Shown here in pieces: positions 1-13,530 of a DNA stretch of 64,000 nt. The translations under genes and the position numbers were made by a program. The notes beneath the pieces are model-generated. The model searched no databases, was not told the DNA's origin, and saw only the letters and a program-made list of their open reading frames with translations. The stretch comes from Octopus vulgaris (Eukaryota): NCBI GenBank assembly GCA_951406725.2, contig OX597816.1, positions 2,728,001-2,792,000 of the forward strand. The letters are read 5' to 3'. Numbering within the stretch: position 1 is the stretch's first letter; every line of letters starts with the position of its first letter.

Positions 1-46
1 ATGGACTGAAACATGTTCTAAAATAAGTCGAAAAATAAGCTACTAT

Positions 47-78
47 AAATCGGCACGAACTTTCCGGACAACCCAATA
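47..78 (-). mobile_element. Mariner-type terminal inverted repeat of an element extending left of the window
   Basis: Minus strand reads TA-TTGGGTTGTCCGGAAAGTTCGTGCCGATTT; terminal TA, similar pattern to the TIR at 1039-1069. Confidence 0.55.
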
Positions 79-684
79 TTTCTATATTTTTATCATGCAA
101 CTCTTAACATAAATATGTGTATATTCGTATGGAATAATACCTCATGCGCTACATCTGAATTTTCTTGTCTGAATGTTTTAAGACAAATATCCGAAATTTT
201 TATCGTATACCACATTTTATTAATACTTAGCTCATATACGGAGACAAAAATTTTGTACTATATACTGCAGGTTATCTCCATTAAAATTCTCGTATATATA
301 TACACACTGGCGAAAATAAATTTAAGACCGATGATAAAAGTTCTATTTCTTACAAAATATTCTGTTACTAGTCCTTTGCCGATTTTTATATTGATCGGTC
401 TCCGAGTATAACTTCCACGCTTGCACGCAAGCCGGTTTACTGCACTTTAGTTGCTTGCTGATGTTCGAAAAGGAAACTTTTTGCTGTAATATACGATTTT
501 TGCTCTCGAGACTGGACTAAGGCTACGTTGTTTCCCATTATTAATAAATTGTATAATAACATTAAATTATAACTATATATGGTGCATTTAGGCTCGTTGT
601 GTGACCACCCATTTTGGTAAAAAAAATTGCATTCATATTACATGGTCTTAAACTAATTTTGTCGGTAAATTTGAAACGTTTATA

Positions 685-852
685 TTACGTTCTGAGTTAA
701 AATTCCGTCGAGGTCGACTTTGCCTTTCATCCTTTCGGAGTCGATAAATAAAGTACCAGTTACGCTCTGGGGTCGATGTAATCGACTTAATCCATTTGTC
801 TGTCCTTGTTTGTCCCCTCTATGTTTAGCCCCTTGTGGGCAGTAAAGAAATA
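685..852 (+). mobile_element. SINE family A (tRNA head, GCCTTTCATCCTTTCGGGGTCGATAAA core), 5'-truncated
   Basis: Near-identical to full copies at 16100, 35685, 60145; tail ...GCCCCTTGTGGGCAGTAAAGAAATA; core resembles the Meta/MESC SINE domain (from memory). Confidence 0.85.
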
Positions 853-1038
853 TATATTAATTTAGCATTAGAATTCTTCAAGTTGTATAAAAATTGTTTG
901 TATCATTCGAAAGAGAAATAAATTTTGCATAAGGTGTAAAAGATATAAATAATTTGTATGGTGTTAGTAACAACATATTTTGTAAGAAATAGAACTTTTA
1001 TCGTCGGTCCTAAATATATTTTCGCCGGTGTATATATC

Positions 1039-2111
1039 TCAGGTCATCCCATAAGTTCTGTCCGAATTTTGGATAAAGAATCCAAGTGATCAAATGTTAT
1101 ATTTAATTGAAGGTTAATCATCAATGTACTTTCCCTGATTATCTATGACTTACTTCCATCTATTTACAAGCTTTTTAATTCCATCAATGTAAAACTCTTT
1201 TGGTTTCAAAGCGAAGAACTCTGAAATGTCAGGTTCGACCTCCTCCTGGCTTGCGAAAGTTGTGTCCCCCTAATAATTCTGTAAACTATGGAACAAATGG
1301 TATCCTGAAGGAGTAAGGTCGGGAGAGTAAGTTGGATGAAGAAATTTTTCCAAACCGACCTCTTCGATCTTCTGTGATGTGATCTTTGCAGTGTGGGGTT
1401 GCGCATTGTCCTGATGAAACATCACTCGTTTTCGACTCACTAAAGCGGCTCTTTTTCCCTTCAAAGCTTGGTTCAAACACTCTAATTGCTGACAGTAGAT
1501 TTGAGCATTGATTGTTGCATTAGGTGGTAACAATATAAAGTGAATTACGCCTTTGCAATCGCACCAGATAGAGTAGAACCTTTTTCCCATGAAGTTCCTT
1601 TTTCGGTTGTGGTTGAGCATTTTCCCTTTTACCAAGCCACTGTTTACGACGTTTAACATTTCGATAGAAAATCCATTTTTCGTCACAAGTCTATCGAAAA
1701 AGGGTGAAATGGGTTTGCGAGAATGGAGAGAAGAGGAGATGTCAACTCGGGATTTGCGGTTGCTTTCGGACAATACATGAGGCACCTATTTTCCAAGTTT
1801 AGGAATCTTTCCAAGTTGTTGAAGATGACGATGAACTGTTGTATGGTTTGAAGTAAGCTTTATTGCCAATTCTTCAACTGATAATGACGGATTTTCTTCA
1901 AGTAATGCCTCAAGGAGCTTATCATCAAACTCAACTGGACATCCTATTCGATCTTCATCTTCAATTTTGCAAACGATCTCCTGCAAGTTCTTTCATTCAA
2001 GCACTTTCCCATAAAGTGAGTGTATGTTTCGAGTCACTTCGGCTGCAGAGTTACCTTTATTGTACACATAAAGAATTATATGTGCCTTAAATGCTCCTTG
2101 GATACTTCCAT
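1039..2111 (-). mobile_element. Degenerate mariner (DD34D) transposon; transposase pseudogene 2111-1114, 3' TIR 1039-1069
   Basis: MEVSKEHLRHI start, *VPHVL (WVPHEL), IWCDCKGVIH, FHQDNAQPH, YSPDLTPSGYHLF with 34 residues between D and the third catalytic site (D>G), GIKKLVNRW..NQGKYID; stops and frameshifts. Confidence 0.92.
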
Positions 2112-2488
2112 GTTGAAAGGGTTTTAATCAAAGCAATTTTAGGGTGTCCACGAAGTCTGGGTACATGGAATAAAATCATAACATAAACAAATATAAGAAA
2201 TAATAATTTCCGTAAAGACGGTGAAAATATTGTCAATTTCCCCAAACAGGGACACAATCCAATTTTTAAACAATAACCAAGGCCCCTTCTCCGAAAGGGG
2301 GAGGGTTATGGTTTACAATTATTTAACAAATGCAACACAACAACGTTTCCCTGACGACGAACCAACAAATGTAATTACAATAGTCAAACAGTAATAATAA
2401 TAACAACAAACCTTTTTAATTTATCCCCATTTATGTGAAACCACTTATTCAAGTTCAAGTCATTCATGCAATTTTATACGAATTGCTA

Positions 2489-2564
<76 letters not shown>

Positions 2565-2699
2565 ACACGCACACACACATAATAAGGGTGAAAATTGAAT
2601 ATTAATTTGATCAATATGAATTGAAAACCAGTGGTGTAGCATATAAGACCATAGCGGATCTTCTTCTAGCAAAATGGATGACCACTGTTAATGGTTCAT

Positions 2700-2959
2700 C
2701 CCTGTTATCTAATACTTTCACTTTAATAGTTTCAGTATTAAAGTGAATGTCTGCATTACAATAGAGAGATGTTTTTGTTTCACTTTTAACACGTAATACT
2801 GAAATAGTGGAGAAGATATGATATTGCTGTGGGGTCGCTCTAGGGAAAAACTTAAAATTTTTTTGCCGATGTCACTCCCAGGAGTAAGGCATGTGTAAAA
2901 TTTGAATGAAATTGGTTGTGTAGTTCTCAAGTTTTAGGGAAACACACAGACAGACAGGC

Positions 2960-3008
<49 letters not shown>

Positions 3009-3038
3009 CACATTCTCAGTTTTATATATATATAAAGA
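2700..3038 (-). mobile_element. Non-autonomous Helitron-like element, 5' part
   Basis: Minus strand starts A|TCTTTATATATATATAAAA, then (GTCT)n, then AACTACACAACCAATTTCATTCAAATTT, the layout of microsatellite-bearing invertebrate Helitron derivatives; 3' hairpin/CTAG not seen. Confidence 0.5.
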
Positions 3039-3692
3039 TATTGAAAAAAATGTGTTTTTATATTCCTGTAATTTCACACACACACACACGTGCATATGTA
3101 TCATACACGATGTCGCCGAATCCACCGAGCTGCAGCCTGCCGCCAAAGTGGCGCGAGCACCCGCTCATCATCCTGTCCGAAACAAGTGGGCCTAAAAATA
3201 AGGAAAATAACTTTGTCAGCATTCATAACACGTGACCCGCACTGGACATTACGAACCTAAACACTTGGAAGCCATCTTGAATTTCAAAACTTCTACTCCG
3301 TTGCTAGGTGGTTGCTACGCTCCACGAAACTTTAAGTCATGTGGTGTTGAATTGAACTGTTATTAAAAATAAACCTGTAACTCCTACCACATCTGTTCAC
3401 TGCTACTTTCGTTCGTTCGTTTACTCACTCACAGGTGCGCGCACGCACACACACACACACACACACACAACGACAAATAAACAACATGTAAAAAAAACAC
3501 CAACAAAAACATCACTAAAATAGGCTTGGAATTTGGCCTAGATAAGTGTGTTTAGAACCACATTCCAAAAATGGAAAATTGTTGGCGATACAAAAGAAGG
3601 AATGATTTTAATCAAAACACACACACACACAAACACACACACATATAAATTGTGTGTATGTGTGTGCATATGTATACATACACACATACATA

Positions 3693-3778
<86 letters not shown>

Positions 3779-4074
3779 CATACACACAGACGCAACAGTA
3801 GGGTATTGGGTGTAAAAGAGATGAAAACAAGATGTGAATACTCAAAGAATGAGAACCACGAAGAAATATTGAATGACGCGATGTGGCAGAAAGAATAATT
3901 CTGTATCTTAGTTCTGTTGTTGTAAATCACAGGTTCGAGTCTTATGTCATCTATGATTCCTCCGGGGGTTAATATGATTTTTTTTTATCTTTCTGAAGTT
4001 GATTAAATAACGATTTATTGATGATTGGAATTGCGAGCGTCGAGTATCGAAGGTTAAGCAAAACCAACGAGGAA

Positions 4075-4243
4075 CCGCTACGTGGCTGATCGACCTGCTA
4101 GACATAACCACCAAATCTCCCTTCACTGCCAACTTACCGTTTTTAATGGGAAATTAGACATCGAATTATGTAATCATAGATATTTCTAAAAAAAGCTGGA
4201 CGGTCATGGCTGGAACCCTTTTGGTCATAGACCTGTTTGACAT
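4075..4243 (+). mobile_element. Dispersed repeat family D (CGACCTGCTAGAAATAGCAGCCAAATCT...GGATGGTCATGGCTGG)
   Basis: Diverged copies at about 15400-15600(-), 27850-27990(+), 29400-29565(+), 33985-34115(+). Confidence 0.6.
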
Positions 4244-4682
4244 AAATGCAATTCACCACCATCCCCACTGCCGACACCATCGTCATCGTCGTCGTAGTAG
4301 TCATCGTCATAATTCAACAGGAAAAAAACTCCCAAAAGCGATGGGGATTAGTAACAATAATCCCCCGGATTAAATGTCTTTCACTATTAAGCTCTGCCCT
4401 TCTCCATTCCGGGTTCGAATCCCGCAAGGACTGCCTTTACTTTTCATGTTTCTTTTCTGAAACGTATTTTGCCTCTAACGCGCCATTTTCCCATTCAGAT
4501 AAGAATCGATTTATAAATATTTATAAAACCTAACAATAATGGAAGGGAAGATTGCAGGAGTGGAGTGTAGGACTTGACTGGGGAGGGGGGAATCTGGAGT
4601 GCAGGCTTGGAGTGCAGGACTAGAAAGTAGGACTGGAATATAGTGCTAGGGTGCTGAGTAGGACACCATTGCCTCTCATAAC

Positions 4683-4768
<86 letters not shown>

Positions 4769-4769
4769 A

Positions 4770-4860
<91 letters not shown>

Positions 4861-4914
4861 ATATATATATATATATATATAATTCGGGTAAGATTGCGTT
4901 TGATGATTTGGTGA

Positions 4915-5526
4915 TAAGGCGATGAGCGGGCGGAATCGTTAGCGCGCCGAGTAAAATGCTTAGCAGTGTGTTGGCCGCCGTCCTTACGTTATGAGTTCAA
5001 ATTCCACCGGGGTCGACTTTGCCTTTCATCCCTTTCGGGGGTCGATAAAATAAGTACCAGTTGAACATTGGATGTTTCTTTTATTTTCCTTTTATTCTTT
5101 TACTTGTTCCAGTCATTTGACTGCGGCCATGCTGGAGCACTGCCTTTAGTCGAACAAATCGACCCCCAGGACTTATTCTTTGTAAGCTTAGTAATTATTC
5201 TATCGGTCTCTTTTGCCGAACGGCCAAGTTACGGGGACGTAAACACACCAACATCGGTTGTCAAGCGATAGGAGTGGGACACACACACACGCACACACAC
5301 ACGCACACACACACGCACACACATACATACACACACACACATATATATACGACGGGCTTCTTTCAGTTTCCTTCTCCCAAGTCCACTCACAAGGCTTTGG
5401 TCGGCCTGGACCCGGAACCACGTGGTTGGGAAGCAAGCTTCGTACCACACAGCTACGCTTGTCGATGTAATCGACTTACCCTTCCCCCCCCCAAATTGCT
5501 GGCCTTGTATAAAAATTTGAAACCAC
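4915..5526 (+). mobile_element. SINE family A interrupted by an antisense family B SINE (about 5095-5455, minus)
   Basis: Family A head/core 4915-5070 resumes at 5461 (GTCGATGTAATCGAC...AAATTTGAAACCA); intervening sequence matches family B. Confidence 0.8.
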
Positions 5527-5724
5527 GATTGACGTCTGGTGACGTAAGACAAATGTCGTATGGCATTTATGATTCATGAAAAAAATTCTAAAATTCTCTC
5601 CGCCTCCAGTGGATGCGTCACAATTACCCAACGGCACTTGAGACCGGCTTCATGTAACAGGAGGGTGGGGGGATACACTTTTGAGTGTGTCAATGTTGCT
5701 CATAGACATGGCACTGGCCATATA

Positions 5725-6028
5725 TATGGTGGAGGTGGAGGAGGAGGAGGTGAAGAAGAAGAGGAAGAAAAAGAAGAAGAGGAAGAAAAAGAAGAAGAAG
5801 AAGAAGAAGAAGGAGAAGGAGGTGAAGAAGAAGAAGAGGAAAAAGAAGAAGAGGAAGAAAAAGAAGAAGAGGAAGAAAAAGAAGAAAAAGAAGAAAAAGA
5901 AGAAAAAGAAGAAGGAGGTGAAGAAGAAGAGGAAAAAGAAGAAGAAGGAGAAGGAGAAGGAGAAGGAGAAGAAGGAGGAGGTGAAGAAGAAGAAGAGGAA
6001 AAAGAAGAAAAAGAAGAAGAAGAAGAAA
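5725..6028. repeat. Polypurine (GAA/GGA)n tract
   Basis: Direct reading; similar tracts at 12360-12525 and 13730-14125 (pyrimidine strand). Confidence 0.95.
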
Positions 6029-6271
6029 TAGTTCACTGTTTACCGTTTATGATGAATCTTTAAATATATTTTACTGCCATTGTTATATACTTTTGTGTGG
6101 AAGGAACGGATTTATGCGGATTTATGCGGATTTATTCGGTATTTCGTTTGCTGAATAAACTGTAACTTGCTCAGCAAGATGACGTCGAAGATCATCCTTT
6201 TAACCCCAGCTCAGACCTGACCCAGCACTTACATCACCAGAGATGTCCAGTCTTGACCATCACCTCTTTTC

Positions 6272-6535
6272 AGACGTGGGAGGCTGAAAGAGGTGGAAAG
6301 GAGGCGACTAGATATGCTTGAGATGAGATGTCTGAGGGTTATGGTTGGTGTGACACGGATGGACAGGATGAGAAATGAGGATGTGCAAAGACGAGCAGGA
6401 AAGAGAGAAAAACTAACGGGCAAAATGGATAGATCAATGTTGAGGTAGTTTGGCCACATGGAGAGGAGCGGATGAGGAGCGGAGGGTAAGGAGAGTGATG
6501 AGGGCAGAAGTGGTAAGAAGCAGAACCAGAGGCAG
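6272..6535 (+). mobile_element. RTE-clade LINE C-terminal fragment
   Basis: Translates RRLDMLEMRCLRVMVGVTRMDRMRNEDV...LR*FGHMER...RTRGR. Confidence 0.75.
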
Positions 6536-7361
6536 AAATGTTGTCCACGAAGATATCAGATATAAGTCTTATATGAGGAGGAAAGGTCAATTTGTCAAAA
6601 AAAAAAAAGCAAAAGAAAGTCTCTACATCAGATCTAAAAGTCTCTTAAACAAACTGAAAAATCCAGCAGAAGAAGATTTGATTTGGTTTTTCTCAAACGA
6701 GAACAACTTCAACCAAGATCAAAAAGTTAACTGAAGAAATGACAGATGGTTATAAGCAGACCCCTGCAGAGGTTCCAACTGTTATGCATACAAAATTTCC
6801 TGCAACTCTCATGGTTTTAGGGGTTGTCAGCAATGAAGGACATGTGATGCCCCCTTACTTCTTTCCACAAGGCCTTCGCCTTGTTAAACCCTGGACAGAG
6901 CGTGTATGCAATGGGAGGCCATATATGTTTCAGTAAGACTCTGCACTATCACACATGGCTTTAGTAACACAGGAATGGATGGCTGAAAATTTTCATGATC
7001 GCATAACCCCTAAGCTTTGTCCTCCTAATTCCCCAGACCTCAATCCATTGGACTATTACATGTGGAGCGTTGTTGAGAGAGAGGTCAATGAACACGCCCA
7101 TAACACCAAAGATTCTTTGAAAGCTGCCATAGTCAGAGTAATGTCCAAAATGAACCAGGACCACTTGATTCGAACATGTAGATGATTTAGATCTCATACA
7201 GAAGCCGTTGTTGAAGCTGAAGGTGGATTTATTGAATAACATAAAAAAGAAGGTTCAATTTCATCCTCATAGGATTTTTTGATAAATAAAGTTTTTATCT
7301 GTTATTATATATCTGTGTTTTTATAAACATAAATCTGTCCTCAAATATCTTACGCACACTG
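6536..7361 (+). mobile_element. Degenerate DD37D (maT/mori-type) Tc1/mariner transposon, 3' two-thirds with TIR
   Basis: WFFSNENNF, MVLGVVSNEG, FQ*DSA...PPNSPDLNPLDY with 37 residues between D and D, EAEGGFIE*; terminus ...TACGCACACTG|TA at 7361. Confidence 0.88.
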
Positions 7362-7371
7362 TATACACACA

Positions 7372-7457
<86 letters not shown>

Positions 7458-7546
7458 CACACACAGACACAGACACAGACACACACACACAGACACACAC
7501 ACGCACACAGACACAGACACAGACACACACACACACACACACACAG

Positions 7547-7587
<41 letters not shown>

Positions 7588-7881
7588 AACACACGCACGC
7601 ACTCCCCCCCCACACACGTATCACAGATATGTGAGTTGATATCGGATCTAGTCCTATCTTCTTTCCTCGCCATTGAAGCCCCCCTCCCCTAACTCCTGTA
7701 GGTTAATCGCAGAGTTTATTTTCATAGCGAGACAAAATGTTTGTTTATTGAATATGTATTTTTAACTCTTCACTAATTTTATCTGTCTGTACTGGTGCTC
7801 CAGTTATTATATGTATTTGTGTGAATGTAAATGTGTATGCGTGCATGTGTACACAAACAGACGCGCGCGTACACACACACA

Positions 7882-7932
<51 letters not shown>

Positions 7933-8732
7933 TTGCAGTATCGCCCGGTGTTGCTCGGGTTTGTTTCGACCCTTTAGAATTGGAATTTTTGAAAAGTAAA
8001 AATTTTGCATTATGTAGCTTGTTATTCTCTTTAAGTTATCAATTTTCTGGTTGAAATACACCGAAAAATGGCAACACAGCAGTAAAAAAAATCGTAAAAA
8101 ATAAGGATTTTCATAGAAAAGAAGCACCTTTTTGATGTAAATAATTTTTGGTGTTAACATGGCCCGATTTGAATTTTATCTTCTACGGAACGAAGAGCAA
8201 GCCTTCTTCTATCATACTCTCAATTTTGGTCAACTTGCACAGCAGGGTCTCAGCGGAGATAGTGTTAGTTGAAGGCTACCAAACCTGCCATGCACACACA
8301 GACAACTTCAGCTTTATATATATATACATAAATACATAACAATTGATGGATAGGTGTAAGTTCTTTACAGCCGTTTCTAAGGAAGTTTACTGATCAATGA
8401 ATACATTTTATCATTACAAAAAAAACCGTTTTTATCAGTTGTATACATGAATTTTACACTCAAGGACATTTAAAAAAGAATTTTTAAATCCACGGTGCGT
8501 ATAATGTATATTTAATAGAATGTACTGTTGTATCTGGGGAGAATCATTTTCTTTTAGTGCCTTATAATGTAACACACTCACCGGTAAAATTTCCACTTAT
8601 TTCTTATTTTTATTTTCCTAAAATTTTCGTTGTCTTGCAACCTTTTCAGTTTTACCGGTGAATGTTTTTTTGTTTTGTTTTTTGTTTTTCCAGTTTCAGC
8701 TCTTGAGCTGTGGCCATGCTGGGGCACCGCCA

Positions 8733-8895
8733 TTGTGGTGAAAGAGTACAGCAGGGATCACCACCCCCTGCCGGAGCCTCGTAGAGCTTTTAGGTGTTTT
8801 CGCTCAATAAACACACACAACGCCCGGTCTGAGAATCGAAACCGCGATCCTGCGACCGCGAGTCCGCTGCCCTAACCACTAGGCCATTGCGCCTC
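8733..8895 (-). mobile_element. SINE family C, 5' half
   Basis: Reverse complement of 10556-10720 (GAGGCGCAATGGCCTAGTGGTTAGGGCAGCGGACTCGCGG...). Confidence 0.85.
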
Positions 8896-9234
8896 TGTTA
8901 CATTATAAGACACAAAAACAGAATATGCTTCAACACACGAACTCATATAAAGAATCTTGCAAACCAAATCCCAAAACGAAAAATAGTAGAATGTACATTT
9001 CTGAATAGATCAAGACCTGATTAGGTCCTCAGTTGGGTTCAAGGGATTGCATGCAGGACCCGAATATCATTCTGCCGCTGCTTCTCTATCGATGTTGCTA
9101 TTCGTCTATAATTGTTGTTTCTGCCTTTTATTTTGACCTAACCAGGTGGTTTACCTTTAAGCACCTTATTCAAATGAATCCTGATATATGTATATACATA
9201 TAAACATGAAAATGTTTGTATATATATATATATG

Positions 9235-9268
<34 letters not shown>

Positions 9269-9410
9269 TGTATGTATGTATGTATGTATGTATGTATGTA
9301 TGCATGTATATATATAGCAGCCACACCTACTTGGTACTTTTAAGATTGATTACCTTCCTAAACCGGATTTAAATATCTGATAAAGAAAATTTTCTCATTG
9401 CACACGCACA

Positions 9411-9468
<58 letters not shown>

Positions 9469-9578
9469 ATTAAATTCAGTATGTATTACGGAAATATCTA
9501 AATATTGAATTTTTAATGGCTGCCAATTATTTTGAAATTCTTTTTGCATGAAGTAAATATAGCCAGAGATTATGTGTG

Positions 9579-9906
9579 TATGTATTTATGTCATTATTCA
9601 GTTTTATTTCAAGATTTTTTGCCAATGGAGAAAGTGTCTGTTTCTAACCTTGATCCAAGGCTCCTTCATTGGAATTTCAACATCAACAACGCGGTATTTT
9701 ATATGTGTGTATGTATACGTGCAGATTCGTATATTTTGTTTTATGTATGTATTCTCATGCATATAGTTGCATATCTAGACATACTCATATAAACTTAAAT
9801 GATAAACTTCTGGAAAGTTTTACAGATTTTCACAGTTCCACTGATCGCTTGGATCTGTAGTCTTCGAATCAGCTGTCTCCTTTCTGGTTTTGAGAAGCCT
9901 AATTTC
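9579..9906 (-). mobile_element. 3' end of an R4/Dong-like (RLE-endonuclease) retrotransposon
   Basis: LGFSKPERRQLIRRLQIQAISGTVKICKTFQKF* homologous to 22340-22501; shared 3'UTR motifs; abuts (CATA)n. Confidence 0.65.
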
Positions 9907-10428
9907 TGTATGTATGTATGTATGTATGTATGTATGTATGTATGTATGTATGTATGTATGTATGTATGTATGTATGTATGTATGTATGTGTGTGCGTGTG
10001 TGTATGTGTGTGTATGTGTGTATGTATGTGTGTATGTATGTGTGTATGTATGTGTGTGTGTATGTATGTATGTATATATGTGTGTGTGTATGTGTGTGTA
10101 TGTGTGTATGTATGTGTGTATGTATGTATGTGTGTGTGTATGTATGTATGTGTGTGTGTGTGTATGTATGTATGTGTGTGTGTATGTATGTATGTGTGTG
10201 TATGTGTGTATGTATGTATGTATGTATGTATGTATGTGTGTGTGTATGTATGTATGTATGTGTGTGTGTGTGTATGTATGTATGTGTGTATGTATGTGTG
10301 TATGTATGTATGTATGTGTGTGTGTATGTATGTATGTATGTATGTATGTATGTGTGTATGTATGTATGCATGCATGCATGTATGTATGTATGTATGTGTG
10401 TATGTATGTATGTATGTATGTATGTATG
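9907..10428. repeat. (TATG)n/(TG)n compound microsatellite
   Basis: Direct reading. Confidence 0.95.
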
Positions 10429-10512
10429 TCAGTGTGGACACTACGTTGTGCTTCAAACTGTGCAATGAATTATTTTTCATCTCATATTCGGCAGGATATT
10501 AACTGTTTCAAT

Positions 10513-11207
10513 TTGTGGTTCTCGATCGGGGTTCATATCACCCTTAGAGATCCATGTGGAGGCGCAATGGCCCAGTGGTTAGGGCAGCGAACTCGCGGTC
10601 ATAGGATCGCGGTTTCGATTCCCAGACCGGGCGTTGTGAGTGTTTATTGAGCGAAAACACCTAAAGCTCCACGAGGCTCCGGCAGGGGATGGTGGTGATC
10701 CCTGCTGTACTCTTTCACCACAACTTTCTCTCACTCTTACTTCCTGTTTCTGTTGTACCTGTATTTCAAGGGGCCGGCCTTGTCACTCTCTGTGTCACGC
10801 TGAATATCCCCGAGAACTACGTTAAGGGTACACGTGTCTGTGGAGTGCTCAGCCACTTACACGTTGATTTCACGAGCAGGCTGTTCCGTTGATTCGGATC
10901 AACCGGAACCCTCATCGTCGTAACCGACGGAGTGCTTCCATCCAGAGATCCATAGAATCCCAGGGCTTTCATATGGCCTTTGGCGGGATCCATATAAGAT
11001 TTTGTTGTTAAAATTTATCAGCAATTAATTATACTCTAACAATACGTAAAATGTTTTAATTTTTTTATAGAATTCCTAACAATATTTAATTATAAAAATA
11101 CAGTACGATATTTTTTTTTTACATCGAATGGCTCTGGAGATCCAGAAGATTAAACTAGGAATCAAAGGGACCCATAGGCAAAAAAAATAAGGGGTTGAGA
11201 AGCACTG
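10513..11207. mobile_element. hAT (Charlie-like) MITE split by a SINE
   Basis: Degenerate left end TGTGGTTCTCGATCGGGG, right end GGGGTTGAGAAGCACTG. Confidence 0.5.
10556..10943 (+). mobile_element. Full-length tRNA-derived SINE family C with 10 bp target-site duplication
   Basis: A box TGGCCCAGTGG, B box GGTTTCGATTCC; AGAGATCCAT at 10546-10555 and 10944-10953. Confidence 0.9.
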
Positions 11208-11224
11208 GTTAATAACAACTAGTC

Positions 11225-11520
11225 ATGCCGCGAACACCAGAAGCAAAAGGGTTGTCTGGTTTTCAAAGAGGACATATAGGGGGCAATCTGAGGGTGGACT
11301 TAACCAGCATAAGATTGCACAAACCGTTGGGATTCCTCTTGCTACAATCAAATTGCGTGATTGTACAATTTACTAGCAAAAGAAAGGAATCAACAGCATT
11401 CCTCCCGGGTCGACCTGGGCCCTTTGACTGGTGTCTTTGCGCTATGAAGCGGATTGTTTTCAAACGGGTTGCGCTATCAAACGAACTGGAAAGAATCCCC
11501 GTTGCAATCTCTGATGTAAG
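11225..11520 (+). mobile_element. Highly decayed Tc1-like transposase N-terminus
   Basis: MPR...LSGFQRGHI and GRP motifs; no catalytic domain seen. Confidence 0.35.
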
Positions 11521-12292
11521 TTATGAGAAGTAATCTACAAGAAATTTAAGATTAAACTTATTTGAAAATTATTTCTAGAGAACTAAAGACCGTATTGATA
11601 CATGTCGTTCTAATATCTCGCGACCACATCAGAGCATATTGGACACCAATAACTGTTTTATTGCAAGAAACCTTTCCCGAAACAACAGAAATACTTAAAA
11701 GTATTTTACCTCTTTCGTTCTTGTCGGATTCTTGATAGCTTTTAGCATTTATATAGCAAAGCATTTCTCTTACCCGTTCTTTTTCTCTCCTTGATTCTGT
11801 GTTGTGTGAACTTGTCTCAACCATTTCTAGTCCTCGTTGGCACGAATCTCTTTCACACTGATAAATTACGAAATTTTCTGCTTCAATATCCATTTGTTTG
11901 TAGCCTAGCAACTTTAGGAAAATATAGCAAAAAACTGCTCTCGCCTCTACGCCTCATTTTCTTCCATCAAGACAACACTTTAGAATACAAACTTTTTCTT
12001 TTTCCCCTCTTGATTCTATTTTGGAGAGAAATATCAATTTTTTTTTCCAACTTTCAATATTTCTATTCTATTTAAACTATTTTTTTAAAAAATAATTATT
12101 TGAATCAGTTTTGCTTGTTTTTGGAATAAACTTGTGTTGTTATGTTTTCCCTATTTCCTTTACTCTTTCTTCTATTTCATCTTGTTTGCGTGTTTGTATA
12201 ACAAACCAGTTCGCTTTCTTTACTCATTATTCTCATCATCCCGTTTCTATTTTTTCTCACCATGTTAAAGGAAGAGCCAGACGTTTTCCTTA

Positions 12293-12353
<61 letters not shown>

Positions 12354-12539
12354 TATATAGAAGAGGAGATGGAGGAAGAGGAGGAGAGGAAGTGGAGGGG
12401 AAAGAGGAAGAGGAAGGGGAAGAGGAGGAGAGGAAGAGGAAGGGGAGGGGGAAGAGGAAGGGGAGGAAGAAGAAGAAGAAGAAGAAGAGGAGGAGGAGGG
12501 AGATGAAGAGGAAGGGGGAGGGGGGACGCCAAGAACATA

Positions 12540-12581
<42 letters not shown>

Positions 12582-12880
12582 GATGTATACACACACACAC
12601 ACATCGTACAAGGTCGTCGTATCAACATGTATTTTGCCTTCTTTTATTTTATCGATATGCCGAGTTTATTATTTGTTTCTTCCTCTGCTTATCGATTCAT
12701 TAAACATTCCAAGCCGTCCTTTTTCGTGTCTTGCAAATTTAATTAACTTCACTATTTTCTAATTACGAATGCGAAAAACAAATAACAAAAAAAAAAAAAG
12801 AAATAATTAATTCATAACACTTGAAATATCTATTGAGAAATTTGATTGAAAGCCGAATAAGTTTGGTATCAATAATAGTT

Positions 12881-12943
<63 letters not shown>

Positions 12944-13143
12944 GTTTGACAGAGTTAGCGGTGCGACAAATCAAATATCTGGCAGCATTTAGTCGTGTCA
13001 TTTACGATCTGAGTTCGAATTCTGCTGTGGTGAGACTTGCTTTCATTATTCGGGTTTGAACAAGTAGCAGTCAAGTACCCGGTTGCGAAGTGTTTGGTAG
13101 AATTGGCAGGTAATACCAAGAATAAATTGACAGGAATCACAAT

Positions 13144-13530
13144 GTGAACACTTCTACCATGATGCCAGGTCCAATGACTGGAGTCAAGAAGAAGCTTTCT
13201 CAGCCATGCCCATCCCTAATAGTAGCCTTGCAAGAAATCAGATGCCAACTCTGGATGAGAAAGCTCGAGGATGACCCTTCTCCAATTAACATGGGAATCG
13301 TTTCTCTGCTGAAGACATCCCTCTTGGTTCAGAAGCTCCATGGATTTAGGGGAAGACACTCAACTGCCTGACAATGAAAACAAATTGGTCAAAAGTTGCT
13401 TCGGTCAGTTGGAGCTAAAAGACCTGCCAAACAACTTATAGAGAAGCAGACCATATTATAGAGCATTGCCTTGTCTACCCTCTACTATCCAACACTTGCA
13501 GCTCAAAAGACCCTGCAGTGGTCAATAAAA
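13144..13530 (+). mobile_element. Possible decayed LINE C-terminus (Ingi/Vingi-like)
   Basis: Frame-hopping remnants IPLGSEAPW..KTLNCL and ADHIIEHC, followed by AATAAA. Confidence 0.3.

Noticed and set aside
3111-3433. Solo LTR (TGT...ACA with AATAAA)
   Set aside because: No TSD, PBS or second copy.
5560-6063. Poly-Glu/Lys/Phe ORFs, and all YIYI/VCVC/HTHT/LSIY ORFs in the track
   Set aside because: Translations of microsatellites, open in several frames and strands; no domains or splice context.
10556-10630. Functional tRNA genes (also 44937-45010)
   Set aside because: A/B boxes present but no proper acceptor stem or T-run terminator; they continue into repeat bodies.
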